From sequence record SRR20825019_215: 46,620 nt of DNA. One strand, written 5' to 3'. Within the stretch, counting starts at the first letter, position 1; each line of letters opens with the position of its first letter. Both the position numbers and the translations under genes were made by a program. The notes under the pieces were generated by a model that ran no database searches, was not told the origin of the DNA, and saw only the letters and a list, made by a program, of their open reading frames with translations. Positions 45,567 through 46,620 of this stretch are shown one piece after another.

Positions 45567-46620
45567 TTACCGCATGCGGATGGAGAAGTTGGTTTCAGCC
45601 ACCGCATCGCTGCTGAACCAGCGACAGGTAATGGTCTTGGTCTCGGTGTAGAACTTCACCGCCTGCTTGCCGTAGGCGTGCTGGTCACCGTAGAAGGAGC
45701 CTTTCCAGCCAGTGAAGGAGAAGAACGGCAGGGGCACCGGAATGGGCACGTTGATACCCACCTGACCCACTTCGATCTCATGCTGGTAGCGACGTGCTGC
45801 TCCACCGGAGCTGGTGAAGATGGAAGTACCGTTACCGTAAGGGCTGTCGTTGACCAGGTTGATGGCATCTTCCAGGGTGTCCACTTCCATGCAGGCCAGA
45901 ACCGGGCCAAAGATCTCTTCCTTGTAAACATCCATCTCCGGCTTGACCCCGGCGAACAGCGTCGGCCCTACCCAGTTGCCGTCAGGCAGACCATCAACGG
46001 TGCAGTTGCGGCCATCCAGCAGCAGCTTGGCGCCTTCTTCCTCACCGCGGGTAATCAGCGATTCCACGCGCTGCTTCGCCTGCTTGCTGATAATCGGCCC
46101 ATAGTTGGCTCCCTTGTCGTTCCAGGCACCGGGTCTGACCGCAGCCAGGGCTTCCTTCACTTCCGGAATCCACTCCTGGGCCTCGCCCACGAACACGGCC
46201 ACGGAAATCGCCATGCAACGCTGGCCGGCAGCACCAACCGATGCGCCTACCAGAGCTTTGACCACCTGATTCTTGTCCGCGTCCGGCAAGATCACCATGT
46301 GGTTCTTGGCGCCGGCGAAACTCTGTACACGCTTCATGTTACGGGTGCCGGTTTCGTAGATGTAACGGCCCACCGGTACGGAGCCAACGAAGGACACAGC
46401 CTTGATGGCCGGATCGGTCAGCAGCACGTCTACCTGTTCTTTACCGCCGTGGACAACCTGCAACACACCCTTGGGGGCGCCTGCTTCTTCAAACAGCTCC
46501 GCCAGACGCATCGGGGTCAGCGGGTCCTGCTCGGACGGCTTGAGAATGAAGGTGTTACCGGAGGCAATGGCCATCGGGAACATCCACAGCGGGATCATGG
46601 CCGGGAAGTTGAACGGCGTG
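45567..46620 (-). CDS. mmsA: Methylmalonate-semialdehyde dehydrogenase (CoA-acylating), 5' end outside the window
   Basis: [25 protein letters not shown] and GINVPIPVP motifs. Confidence 0.93.
   Translation of the reverse strand, partial: TPFNFPAMIPLWMFPMAIASGNTFILKPSEQDPLTPMRLAELFEEAGAPKGVLQVVHGGKEQVDVLLTDPAIKAVSFVGSVPVGRYIYETGTRNMKRVQSFAGAKNHMVILPDADKNQVVKALVGASVGAAGQRCMAISVAVFVGEAQEWIPEVKEALAAVRPGAWNDKGANYGPIISKQAKQRVESLITRGEEEGAKLLLDGRNCTVDGLPDGNWVGPTLFAGVKPEMDVYKEEIFGPVLACMEVDTLEDAINLVNDSPYGNGTSIFTSSGGAARRYQHEIEVGQVGINVPIPVPLPFFSFTGWKGSFYGDQHAYGKQAVKFYTETKTITCRWFSSDAVAETNFSIRMR

Overview
A ~46.6 kb chromosomal window from a GC-rich marine gammaproteobacterium. Gene content and style suggest Marinobacter, but this is inference only. 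Both ends are core metabolism. The left end is the 3' part of an acyl-CoA synthetase gene and its terminator. The right ~21 kb holds puuB/puuC/puuA-like polyamine catabolism, an EEP-family gene, a 650-aa hypothetical protein, a Liv-type ABC transporter and the mmsA-acd-ech-ech-mmsB/acyl-CoA ligase valine catabolic cluster with LiuR-like boxes. Between them (~840-25,860) is an accessory region of small detoxification and regulatory genes: GNATs, VOC/glyoxalase, YciI, two GSTs, AKR, AzoR, DoxX/DODA, ABM, NIPSNAP and parDE. The accessory region starts with what looks like an integrase-less integron platform: a repeat-rich attI-like site, a first cassette bracketed by GTTAGTT...AACTAAC with a truncated attC, and eroded attC ends further on. 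Other signals are three identical TGTCGA-N17-CGACT ECF42-type promoters, a CxxC/RAPP DUF2946 leader upstream of a PepSY-TM gene, a papain/calpain-like Cys-His-Asn motif set in the 650-aa hypothetical, and relics of a second diverged allele beside a direct-repeat-flanked parDE. No tRNA, rRNA, CRISPR array, transposase or integrase gene was seen. All product calls come from motif recognition, not database searches.
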